Below, piece by piece: positions 55,574 through 64,000 of a stretch of 64,000 bases of DNA. The stretch comes from an uncultured delta proteobacterium. Lineage in GTDB: Bacteria > Myxococcota_A > Polyangia > Fen-1088. How positions within the stretch are numbered: position 1 is the first letter of the stretch; every line of letters begins with the position of its first letter. The stretch lies in assembly GCA_963796685.1 (NCBI GenBank), contig CAWCMR010000014.1, forward strand, positions 32,001 through 96,000, given 5' to 3'. The position numbers and the translations under genes were made by a program. Under the pieces are notes generated by a model. It was given only the letters and a program-made list of their open reading frames with translations. It was not told the DNA's origin and ran no database searches.

Positions 55574-57448
55574 TCAGCGACCGGCGGCGGCTTTCTCGGC
55601 GGCACGCTGGCCGAGGTCGGTGCCGGTGGCCAGGGTGGCGATACGGGTCCAGATCTCGTGCGCCTCGTCGACTCGGCCCAGACCGGACAGGGCCAGGGCG
55701 CGGTTGGTGAGCACGGCGGTGTCCTCGGGGGCGATGGCCAGGGCGCGCTCGAGGAGGGGCAGGGCCTGGTCGAAGCGACCGGACGAGACATCCAAGGAGC
55801 CGATCCAGGCAGAGGCCGAGAGCTCGTGCTCGCGCTCGAGGCAGCCGGGCGGCGCGCCGAGGGCGGTCCGGTAGGCGGCCACGGCGCGGGCGCTCTTGCT
55901 GTTGTCGAGATCGAAGTAGAGGTCGCCCAGGCGGACTTGCCACTCGCACGCCGAGACGGGCGAGAGCGCGGGCGGCGCGAGGATGGGGCGGGTCCTGGCT
56001 CCCTCTTCGACGGTGAAGTCGAACGTCGCCGGAATCTCGTAGGTTGCGATGAGCTCTTTCCAGCGCGGCAGTCGGCGCACGAACACGCGGCTGTCCTTGG
56101 CGCGGAAGACCAGGGCCCAGCGCTGGGGATCCCAATAGGCCACGCGGCGATTGATGCCGGCATAGTCGAGCAGGGCGCTCTGTACGCCGAGCACGTCCAT
56201 GGCCTGGCTCCATTCCTGGCGCGAGACGTCCATGCGACCGAGCAAGCGATGGAACGAAATGGGGTAGGCGGGCAGGCGTGGATCCACGAACACGCGGTAG
56301 CGGGGATAGCCTTGCCACAGCAGGTAGGCTCCGGTCTCGAAATCGTTGTACATGCGCTCGCGCAGTCCGTGCTGCTCGACGAAACGGATGGCGTCGAGGG
56401 GCAGGGAGCTTTCGTCGAGGCCGATGCTCAGGAAGCGTCCACCCCGGGCCGCTTCGGCAAGACGAGGCCAGAGGGTCGCGACGGCAAGAACAGCGACGAG
56501 GGCGCCTCGCAGCAGTCGGGCATGGGCTCGCTCGAAGCGCTCGGCCAGCGCCGAGAGGGAGGGCGCTGCGACCACGGCCAGGACCAGGAGCGCGTCGGCA
56601 GTGAAGCGAACGTGCCAGGCCCCGAGCGCCAGCAGGCCGAGCACGGGCAAGCGACGCGACCAGGTCTGTCGGCGCGCGAGCACGAGCAAGAGCAGCGAGC
56701 CCAACGCAAAGAGAATGGAGGGCGCATCCGAGCGCCAGGTCAGGCTGCGAAATTCGTCGACGGGATGCAGGTCGAAGATGCCGACATGGAAAGCGAGGTA
56801 GCGGACGATTCCCGTCTCGACCGGCGTGGCGAGGAGCGCAAGCAAGGATAGGACCGCGAGGAGGAAGAAGCGCAGGCACACGCGTACTCTGGCTTGGTCA
56901 AGACAGGCACCAGCTCCCGCCAGCATGAGCAATACCGCCGCGAGGAAGGCGCCCGCGTGAAGGTTTGCCCACAGCACCACGAGCGGGAGCAGCAGCCAGG
57001 CGCGGCGTCTGCCTGCTTCGATGCTCGGCAGGAAGGCCAGTATGGCCATCTCGCCCAGAAGCGAGAAGATATGCGGTCGCTCGACCAAGCGCTCGCGTAT
57101 GCACAGAAAGGCGAGCGCCAACGTCACCACCGCGGCGACGGCCGAGGCGCCCTGGCGGCGGCAGACCCGGTATGCGACGGCTGCGGCGAGCAGGATCACC
57201 AGCGTCTTGCCGACGACCACCGCGGGGAAGCCGCCGAGTCGGTAGAGCAGGGCTGCCCCGGCGTCAAACAGCCAGGCACTGTCGAGGTAGGGCGCGTTCG
57301 GATAGGTGAAGGAAAAGAGGTTGTGATGCACGAGCGCGCCCGTGCTCAGAAACTGCTCGCCGCTGGCCAGGCGAAAAAACAGATCGGTCTCCTGCACGGG
57401 GCCGAGGCACAGCCCGGCCACGAACAAGAGCAGCCCGGCGAGGGCCAT
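55574..57448 (-). CDS. Polytopic membrane protein (paralog of 49939-51621) with C-terminal TPR
   Basis: DLFFRLASG...FSFTY...AWLF, WANLH, GAYLLW...VFVDPR, TPR LERALAIAPED..VLTNRALAL. Confidence 0.8.
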   Translation of the reverse strand: MALAGLLLFVAGLCLGPVQETDLFFRLASGEQFLSTGALVHHNLFSFTYPNAPYLDSAWLFDAGAALLYRLGGFPAVVVGKTLVILLAAAVAYRVCRRQGASAVAAVVTLALAFLCIRERLVERPHIFSLLGEMAILAFLPSIEAGRRRAWLLLPLVVLWANLHAGAFLAAVLLMLAGAGACLDQARVRVCLRFFLLAVLSLLALLATPVETGIVRYLAFHVGIFDLHPVDEFRSLTWRSDAPSILFALGSLLLLVLARRQTWSRRLPVLGLLALGAWHVRFTADALLVLAVVAAPSLSALAERFERAHARLLRGALVAVLAVATLWPRLAEAARGGRFLSIGLDESSLPLDAIRFVEQHGLRERMYNDFETGAYLLWQGYPRYRVFVDPRLPAYPISFHRLLGRMDVSRQEWSQAMDVLGVQSALLDYAGINRRVAYWDPQRWALVFRAKDSRVFVRRLPRWKELIATYEIPATFDFTVEEGARTRPILAPPALSPVSACEWQVRLGDLYFDLDNSKSARAVAAYRTALGAPPGCLEREHELSASAWIGSLDVSSGRFDQALPLLERALAIAPEDTAVLTNRALALSGLGRVDEAHEIWTRIATLATGTDLGQRAAEKAAAGR

Positions 57449-57455
57449 GGGTCGA

Positions 57456-58013
57456 CTACTTGAGGGACTTCGACAGGGCGATGGCTTGGCTCTTGGTACA
57501 CACCTTGGTCGAGGCGGCCACGCTGACGAAGTATCCGCGGCCGGGCAGGTAGAGCCCCGTACTGGCATTGACCTGGGCCATGGCCTTGGGGGTCTTCGCC
57601 TTGTCGGTCACCCAAACCTTGCCGACCTTCTTGAAGCTCATGAACGGGTCGGTGGGCTTTTCGGGGACATCCTTCACGATCTGCATGTACACCTGCACCA
57701 TGGTGTCGTCCGAATTTTCGCCCGGAACCTTGAAGTAGTATTTGCAGGTGTCTTGTTTTTCAGCCGCTTCTCCCAGGTAGGTGGCGTCGGATTCGCCACA
57801 CGCCGAGTAGATGGCTTGCTTGGTGAGGTGCAATGCGAGATCGGGATTGCAGCACTTGCCCGCGCCGTAGGTCTTGCAGTTACCGGCGGGCGGGGACGCG
57901 GCCGCGCCCTGCGCGGGAGGGGCGGCGAACGTCACAGTCTGATGGAGCAGCACCGGGACGGCGAGGGCAGCGACGAAAGCCGAGCTTGCGAGAATGATGC
58001 GAATGGGCTTCAT
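57456..58013 (-). CDS. Secreted Cys-containing hypothetical protein
   Basis: Signal peptide, Pro/Ala linker, six Cys, host-like codon usage; 7 bp upstream of the next gene. Confidence 0.75.
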   Translation of the reverse strand: MKPIRIILASSAFVAALAVPVLLHQTVTFAAPPAQGAAASPPAGNCKTYGAGKCCNPDLALHLTKQAIYSACGESDATYLGEAAEKQDTCKYYFKVPGENSDDTMVQVYMQIVKDVPEKPTDPFMSFKKVGKVWVTDKAKTPKAMAQVNASTGLYLPGRGYFVSVAASTKVCTKSQAIALSKSLK

Positions 58014-58076
58014 GGGCCGCTATCCTAGCACCACCCGCGCCGGAGGGAACAAGCCGATGCGTTCGACCGAAAGGAT

Positions 58077-58580
58077 CTACTTGGCGCCCCGGTTGACCAT
58101 CAGGTCCAAGTCTTCGCGCAGGCTCTGCAGATCCTCCTCGTGCTCGACCTCTTGTTCGAGGATGGTGAGCGCCATGTTGTAGGTCACCATGTCCTTGTCC
58201 TTGGTGGCGTCCATGAGGCTCTTGTAGGTCGAGATGGCGCACTGTTCGCCGACGATGTTCTGGTCGAGCAGAACCGCCACGTAGGGATCTGCCGGCGCGT
58301 CGTACTTGCACGGGCTGAGGTCGAACCAGTCCTTGGGTGAGAGCACCGGTGTGCCACCCAGTTGGTGAATGCGGTTCGAAACCAGGGTGGCGTGACCGAG
58401 CTCCTCGGTGGCGTGCAGGGTCAGCTCGGCCGCCACCGCGTCCTTCATCGGACCCTTGATGACCTTGGCGCCGAGCCAGTATTGGTAGTAGGCCAGCCAC
58501 TCGCTGGCGTAGGCCTGGTTGAGCAGCTTGAGCAGCTGGTTGATGTCGATACCGATGATTTCGCGTGCTCGAGTTCCCAT
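58077..58580 (-). CDS. DPS-like (DPSL) ferritin-superfamily protein
   Basis: AYASEWLAYYQYW, EELGHA..RIHQLGGTP, SPC, EQCAI, EVEHEEDL diiron motifs with the paired Cys typical of DPSL. Confidence 0.9.
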   Translation of the reverse strand: MGTRAREIIGIDINQLLKLLNQAYASEWLAYYQYWLGAKVIKGPMKDAVAAELTLHATEELGHATLVSNRIHQLGGTPVLSPKDWFDLSPCKYDAPADPYVAVLLDQNIVGEQCAISTYKSLMDATKDKDMVTYNMALTILEQEVEHEEDLQSLREDLDLMVNRGAK

Positions 58581-58595
58581 GTCTTGTGTCCCTTT

Positions 58596-61500
58596 CTATC
58601 CGCCGTATAGCTTTTCCAGGAATGCGTGCATGTCTTCGCGGTTGCCGGTGAGAAAGACGCGGCCGACTTGTGCCGCCAGACGTGCCAGCGGCGGGCCGGA
58701 CTTGGCTATTTGTTCCAGGTGATCTTTGGCTTCGTTGCGCTTCGCCTCTCCCATGGCGGCGAGCTTCGTACCTTGTTTGGCATCCTGCGGTTGAGAAGCT
58801 TGAAGCACAAGTGCCTCCAAGGCCACCATGCGGCGCACACTGTCGGCTTCCGAGGCTTCGAGAATGGAGGCAACCTCGGCGGGCGAGCGTTCGGCGGCCC
58901 ACACGGCGCCCAGGCCGCGCACAGCGGCAGAACGAACGTCGTAGGCCGGATCGACAAGCGCACGTTCCAGCAGGGGCGTGGCCGACTTGGGATCGCGCTG
59001 GGCGATGCGTCCGATGGCCTCGGCCGCGGCGGCGCGCACCGATTCGCCGCGCTGGCGCAGCACCAACCCCAGCATGGCGGTGGCGGATTCGGAGGCGCCG
59101 GCAACCTCGCCAAGGGCGATGGCGCCTGCCCTGCGGGTGGCGGGATCGCCGGAGCGCAACATGGTTTCGAACATGGGCAGGACCTTGGCCGCGCCCGCGC
59201 CGGACGAGGTAGACAGGGCGCGCACCGCCTCGGCGCGCACGAAGGCGTCGCGATCCTCGGAGCCGGCTTGCAGGATGTCGAGCACCATGGGCTCCATTGC
59301 GGCCGCGGCTTTCACGGCTTCGAGGCGCATGGTCTCGTCTGCGTCGCGCGCAGCCTGGCGCAGGACCGTGGTCACGTTCAGCCGGGCCGCCACGCGTAGG
59401 GCGACTTGGCGCTCTTCCAGATCGCCTTGACCGAAGAAGGATGAAAGCCTCTTCTCCAGGTCGGGCAGGTGCTTGCCGACGGGAACGTGGGCCTTGCCGC
59501 ACGCGATGAGGGCGTCGGCGGCGGACATGCGCACCGAGCGTTCGTGGTCCTCGAGCAATCCGATGAGTGGGGTCAGGACGATGTCGCGGGCCTCGCCGGC
59601 CAGGGCTCCGAGCGAGGAGGCGGCGGCGGAGCGCACGGTCGGCTCGTCCGAGGCGGCGAGTTGTACGGCCATGCGCGCGGCGCCCTTGGGATCGCCCTCG
59701 GTCAGGCTGCCGAGGCATGCGGCCGCCTCGGTGCGCACCTCGCGATTGTCGTCGCGCGAGGCGATGCGAAGGTAGGGCGACGCCGCCACGGGCGACTTCT
59801 TGGCCATCTCGCAGAAGGCGCGGGCGGCTGAAACACGCGTGGGGATCTCGCTTTGCTTGAGCGCCCTGGCCAGCGGCGGGAGGGCCGCTGCGGGTCGCGT
59901 CTGTCCGATCTGCCCCAGGGCCTCGACGATGGCCTTGCGCGTACCCGGCCGCACCTTGACCATGGCATGTCCGAGATCCTCGGCGACGAGCGCGGATTGC
60001 GTGGACGCCAGGCGAATCGACGATTCGATGGCCGCTTTCGCAACCTCGGGATTGGGGTCGAGCAGCGCCCTGCGCACGAGCTCGGGTCCCTCGCGCTTGA
60101 GGTAGCCGAAGGCGCGCGCGGCCTCGGCCCGCACATCGGGCGACTGATCGTAGAGGAAACCCTTGAGCGGCTTGCTGGCGGAATCGGGCTGCTTGATGGC
60201 CACCACGCCCCACAAGGCTGCGGCCGTCACGCGACCGGTGGGGGGGCCCTTGGTCGCGGCCGTGGCCAGGGTCTCCACCTCGGCCGGATCGATGAGCCGG
60301 GCGTACACGGGCAGCGCGGCCGTGCGCAACCGCGGCGGCGCATCCGGGGCCACGGCCTTCTCCAGCACGGCGCGAAGCGATGCCTGTGCCTCGCCGCTCT
60401 TGCGCAAGTACGACAGCGCCGAGATGCGGGCCTCCTCGGGCGCCTGCTCGTCGGCCGCGATCTCGGTCAGGGCGGACATCGCCTCGCGCGGAACAGCGGC
60501 GGCGATGCGATCGAGCAAGGCCAGGGCGGTGCGGCGCGACTGGCTGTCGGAGCTACCCAGGCCCTGGCGAACGGCATCGATGGCGGCCTTGGGCGCGCGC
60601 GCCGCCAAATCCATCACGCCCTTCTCGGCCAGGCGCCGGAACGACGGATCCTTGTCGGCGAGCGCGATGGCGAGAATGCTTGCGGACGTGGGGCCGTCGA
60701 GGCTGGCACATTCATGCAGGACCGTGCTGCGCACCGCGAACGAGCTGTCGGCCAAGGCCGTGCGCAGGATGGCGGCGTGGGTGCCCTTGCCCTGGCGACG
60801 ATCGATGGCCGCCGCGACCTCGACGCCGCGGCGGCGCACGTCCGCGGATTGATCGCTGAGCGCGGCGGCGAGGATCTCGTCTTCGCCGGCGCCGCCGGTC
60901 CCGACCACGGCCAGGGCTTCCAGGGCCTCGCGCCGCAGCGTCGGATCCACGAAGGCCTGCTTGAGCGACACGATGCCCGAGGGATCGCCGAGCAACACCA
61001 GCGAGATGCCGCGCGGAACCGGGCCAAGCCCGTCGAGCACCGTGCGCAACCAGGTGGGGATCGGCGTGCCGCGGTTCTTGTCGAGGGTTCCCGAGGCGCG
61101 ACCGGAGGTGATTCGCCGATGCAGGTCGGTGGCCACGCCGGTCGCGGCGAAGCCGGTGTCGGCCAGGATGGCGCCGAAACGCGGGTGGGCGGGAATGAAA
61201 TTGAGGAAGGACAGACTGCTACGCCCGCGACGAACGACCACACGGCTCGACGGCGAATCCGCGGGAGGATCGAATGCCAGGGTGTACGAGGTGCGTAGCT
61301 CGAAGACCAACCCGAAGAGCACGACGAGCAGGGCGACAAGGACGAGCCCGGCGCGCAGGAACACGCGGCGTATGCTGCGGTGGAAGACGGTTGCCTCTTC
61401 GCTCGATAAATCCTTGGCCGTGTGGGCGCGCACCCTGCGGATCTCGAGCAGGGTCAGAGCGGTGCCGGTAAGAATGCGTCGGCGCAAGGTGCGCCGCGAT

Positions 61501-62591
61501 TCCCGCACGTGCGCGGTGGCGATGGCGGCGTGCTCGCGGATGCGAGGGACGAGGCAAGGGTGGGCCAAGGCCAGGCGGCCTTCTCCCTGGCCGGAGGTGT
61601 CGCGTAGGATCCCGCGCGCGGTCAGCACGTCCACCGCCTTTTCCACGGCGCTCTCGGCGACTTTGCTGCGCGAGGCGAATTCGCCGGTGGTCGGTCTTTC
61701 CTTGTCCGCGCAGGCCAGCAGCAGTCGCATGGCCACGGTCTCGCCAGCTTCCACGATGGCGCGATGGAGGAAGCTGTACAAGATGGTGCTGGCGCCGCCG
61801 GCGCGCTCGTAGCGGCGCAGCGTCGTCATTCGCTGCTCGACCGCGGTCGCGGCCACGATTTGCAGATCCGCGGGCAGGCAGGGACCGGGCCGGCACAGGT
61901 CTGCGGCCATGAGATCGGCCAGCCCCGCCTCGAAGAACGTGCCCGTGTTGAGCGCGGTCTGTTCGAGGATCTCCGCAGCCTGGCTTTCGCCCAGTCGGCC
62001 AAGCTCCATCCACGCGCCCGCGGCGGGGGAGATGGCCGCGCTGTCGTGCAGGCGCTCCAGGCGATGAAAGGACGCGCCGTCGATGCACAGCAGCAGACGC
62101 AGCCGGCTGCCGGCGCCGGCCATGGCCACCTTGAGCAGGGCGGACAGCGTGGGCAAGGCCGCCGCCGAGGAAGCGTCCGCGTCGTCTCCGAGCAAGTCCT
62201 CCAGGTGGTCGAGCACGAGCAGGGTGCCGCCCGGCGAGGAGCGCGCGACACTGATCAGGTAGTCGGACGCGCTTTCCCCTGGCGTGGGCGGCTCGCCGCG
62301 CACGCGCCCGAGCGCCTGCCACAATTCCTGATCGAAATTGACGTAGCCGCCGAGGTAGACCGCGGCCACGTTGCGCTGGGCAAGCAGGGGCAGAAGACCC
62401 GCGCGCAGCAGCGAGGTCTTGCCCACGCCGGGCTCGCCGCACAGGGCGGCCACGCGTGCGAAATCCTTGGTGATGAGTTGGAGCAGCGCCTGGGTCTCTT
62501 CCGTGCGACCGAAGAAGAGACTGGTGCTGCTTTCATCGTATGAGGCGAGCCCCCGGAAGGGCCCCAGGGCGGGATTACCAGACGAGGACAT
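58596..62591 (-). CDS. nSTAND1-like P-loop NTPase + TM helix + long HEAT-repeat array
   Basis: PFRGLASY...FFGR, GEPGVGKTSLLRAGL, LVLDHLED, LAHPCL; TM AGLVLVALLVVLFGLVF; many L.D....VR..AA.ALG units. Confidence 0.85.
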   Translation of the reverse strand: MSSSGNPALGPFRGLASYDESSTSLFFGRTEETQALLQLITKDFARVAALCGEPGVGKTSLLRAGLLPLLAQRNVAAVYLGGYVNFDQELWQALGRVRGEPPTPGESASDYLISVARSSPGGTLLVLDHLEDLLGDDADASSAAALPTLSALLKVAMAGAGSRLRLLLCIDGASFHRLERLHDSAAISPAAGAWMELGRLGESQAAEILEQTALNTGTFFEAGLADLMAADLCRPGPCLPADLQIVAATAVEQRMTTLRRYERAGGASTILYSFLHRAIVEAGETVAMRLLLACADKERPTTGEFASRSKVAESAVEKAVDVLTARGILRDTSGQGEGRLALAHPCLVPRIREHAAIATAHVRESRRTLRRRILTGTALTLLEIRRVRAHTAKDLSSEEATVFHRSIRRVFLRAGLVLVALLVVLFGLVFELRTSYTLAFDPPADSPSSRVVVRRGRSSLSFLNFIPAHPRFGAILADTGFAATGVATDLHRRITSGRASGTLDKNRGTPIPTWLRTVLDGLGPVPRGISLVLLGDPSGIVSLKQAFVDPTLRREALEALAVVGTGGAGEDEILAAALSDQSADVRRRGVEVAAAIDRRQGKGTHAAILRTALADSSFAVRSTVLHECASLDGPTSASILAIALADKDPSFRRLAEKGVMDLAARAPKAAIDAVRQGLGSSDSQSRRTALALLDRIAAAVPREAMSALTEIAADEQAPEEARISALSYLRKSGEAQASLRAVLEKAVAPDAPPRLRTAALPVYARLIDPAEVETLATAATKGPPTGRVTAAALWGVVAIKQPDSASKPLKGFLYDQSPDVRAEAARAFGYLKREGPELVRRALLDPNPEVAKAAIESSIRLASTQSALVAEDLGHAMVKVRPGTRKAIVEALGQIGQTRPAAALPPLARALKQSEIPTRVSAARAFCEMAKKSPVAASPYLRIASRDDNREVRTEAAACLGSLTEGDPKGAARMAVQLAASDEPTVRSAAASSLGALAGEARDIVLTPLIGLLEDHERSVRMSAADALIACGKAHVPVGKHLPDLEKRLSSFFGQGDLEERQVALRVAARLNVTTVLRQAARDADETMRLEAVKAAAAMEPMVLDILQAGSEDRDAFVRAEAVRALSTSSGAGAAKVLPMFETMLRSGDPATRRAGAIALGEVAGASESATAMLGLVLRQRGESVRAAAAEAIGRIAQRDPKSATPLLERALVDPAYDVRSAAVRGLGAVWAAERSPAEVASILEASEADSVRRMVALEALVLQASQPQDAKQGTKLAAMGEAKRNEAKDHLEQIAKSGPPLARLAAQVGRVFLTGNREDMHAFLEKLYGG

Positions 62592-62710
62592 TGGCTGCAG
62601 AATAGCCGCCTCTGGACCGGACTGGGCAGGAAAGTTTGCGCCCGCAGAGCGCGCAGAGGATGGGGAGGGAGGGCACAGCGAGGGATGGAAAGGTCCCGCT
62701 GTGCTCCTTG

Positions 62711-63043
62711 CTAGACGTCGCCGGCAAAATCGGACTCGACCACCGCGGGGTCGTTGTCGTAGTCCGAGATGACGACCTCGCGCATGGTCGCGTCGGTCGA
62801 GGAGGGCGGGAAGAAGCCGTCCACCATGTCGGCGATTTCATCGTGCGAGGTACCGCGCTTCACGGTCGCCAGCGCATACACCACGTTGCCGTCGTCGACC
62901 ACGGATAGAAAGCCAACGCGGCGCCCATCCTCGACCGCCCACAAATCCCAGACCTCCGACGACTTGGTGCGCGTGGTACGTGTGGCATAGAAGGTTCGGG
63001 GCTCGTGGCGGGTGATGGGCGTGATCTTGGGATCGCGAGGCAT
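62711..63043 (-). CDS. Hypothetical protein
   Basis: 110-aa ORF with host-like codon usage, co-oriented with its neighbours. Confidence 0.6.
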   Translation of the reverse strand: MPRDPKITPITRHEPRTFYATRTTRTKSSEVWDLWAVEDGRRVGFLSVVDDGNVVYALATVKRGTSHDEIADMVDGFFPPSSTDATMREVVISDYDNDPAVVESDFAGDV

Positions 63044-63113
63044 GGGCCGGCAAAGGTAGCATGATCGGGGGCCAGATGCGGAGGATGGATGCCGAAGCCG
63101 ATCGCCGTTGGTG

Positions 63114-64000
63114 TTACCGCCAGGGCGCGGGCAGGATGGGCGGGCGTTCCAGGGCCCGGCGGGTACGTTGCAGCTCGATCTCGCTGATGAGCACGGCGGG
63201 CGCCACGGTCGATACCGGGATGTAGCCCGATTCGGCGCCGCAATAGCCGTTGAACACGGCGCTCTCGTTCGAGGCGGCCACGACGCGGTTGAGCGACCCG
63301 ATGGGCGTGCCCACGAATTCTACGCCGCGCACCAGGGTCTCCTCGCCGGTCTTGCCGTCGACCTTGTACACGATGCGAGGCATGCCCTTGAAGGCCTGGA
63401 AGTCGTAGGTCGTGGTGTTGGTCTGGCCGCCGCTGATGTCGGCGATGATGAGGCCGAAGGCCTTCTTCTGGCGGCGGATCTCCTCGAGCAGCATCTCCTT
63501 GAGCTTGGCAAAGGGAACCACCTTGTCCGAGCGCACGATGGTGCTGGCCATGCGGCCGATGGGATCCAGGGTGCCTTCGGCGCGGCCGTGGCCGTTCGAC
63601 TCGAGCGAGCCTTTCACGGGTGTGCGACTCTTGAGGTAATTGCGCAGGATGCCATGGTCGACCAGGGTCACCGGACGCGCGATCACCCCCTCGTCGTCGT
63701 AGCGGTAAAAGCCATTGAGCGACACGTCGCCGACCTTGCGGAGCGTGGGGTCGTCGAACACGCTGAGGAAGGCAGGGAGCACGGGCTTGCCGATCTGTCC
63801 CTTGAAGGTGGCGCCTTCCTTGTTGTCGTTCTGGCGCTCGCCTTCCAGACGGTGGCCCAGCGCCTCGTGGAAGAACACACCGGCGGCCTCGGGCAGGAGG
63901 ATGGCGGGGCCGTTGAAGGGATCGAGCATGGGGGCCGCGCACAGGCGTTTGATCTCGTCGGCAAGCTGGGCCGCGGTGACCTTCAGCTCGGCCTCGTCGG
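63114..64000 (-). CDS. TldD/PmbA-family metallopeptidase (5-prime part outside the window)
   Basis: GVFFHEALGHRLEG, DDEG, SNGHGR, GYCGAESG.IPV. Confidence 0.85.
   Translation of the reverse strand, partial: DEAELKVTAAQLADEIKRLCAAPMLDPFNGPAILLPEAAGVFFHEALGHRLEGERQNDNKEGATFKGQIGKPVLPAFLSVFDDPTLRKVGDVSLNGFYRYDDEGVIARPVTLVDHGILRNYLKSRTPVKGSLESNGHGRAEGTLDPIGRMASTIVRSDKVVPFAKLKEMLLEEIRRQKKAFGLIIADISGGQTNTTTYDFQAFKGMPRIVYKVDGKTGEETLVRGVEFVGTPIGSLNRVVAASNESAVFNGYCGAESGYIPVSTVAPAVLISEIELQRTRRALERPPILPAPWR

Overview
GC-rich bacterial window whose gene content points to Myxococcota (probably Polyangia-like): Ser/Thr kinase-TPR/PEGA-lipoprotein module, tandem zinc-ribbon/double-FHA genes, small RHH-like gene, ileS-lspA-lgt-lgt. 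About 50 genes. Housekeeping and metabolic genes: mfd, ileS, lspA, two lgt, dusB-like, PFOR/nifJ, tldD-pmbA, trehalase, APC permease, DPS-like ferritin. Other blocks: a Phd-VapC toxin-antitoxin pair, a cluster of small transcription regulators (11-18 kb), a FIST-histidine kinase pair, a DUF4912-GH57-glgA glycogen operon, three GT-C-like membrane proteins and an nSTAND NTPase-TM-HEAT protein. I saw no rRNA, tRNA, CRISPR array, transposase or phage genes. One clear 166-bp MITE and several intergenic repeat types are present. About ten single-base frameshifts split otherwise intact genes, most likely from assembly errors, and an apparent deletion joins two truncated convergent genes at about 22490. 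Best candidates for undescribed biology: (1) the DUF4912 protein with 15 tandem G-A-S-E octapeptides heading the glycogen operon, together with a catalytically degenerate glycogen-synthase paralog; (2) the membrane-anchored STAND-HEAT protein apparently co-transcribed with a DPS-like ferritin; (3) a Cys-rich domain fused to a lone sigma70 region 4; (4) an IleRS with non-canonical HIGH and KMSKS motifs. All family calls come from motif recognition by eye, not database searches.
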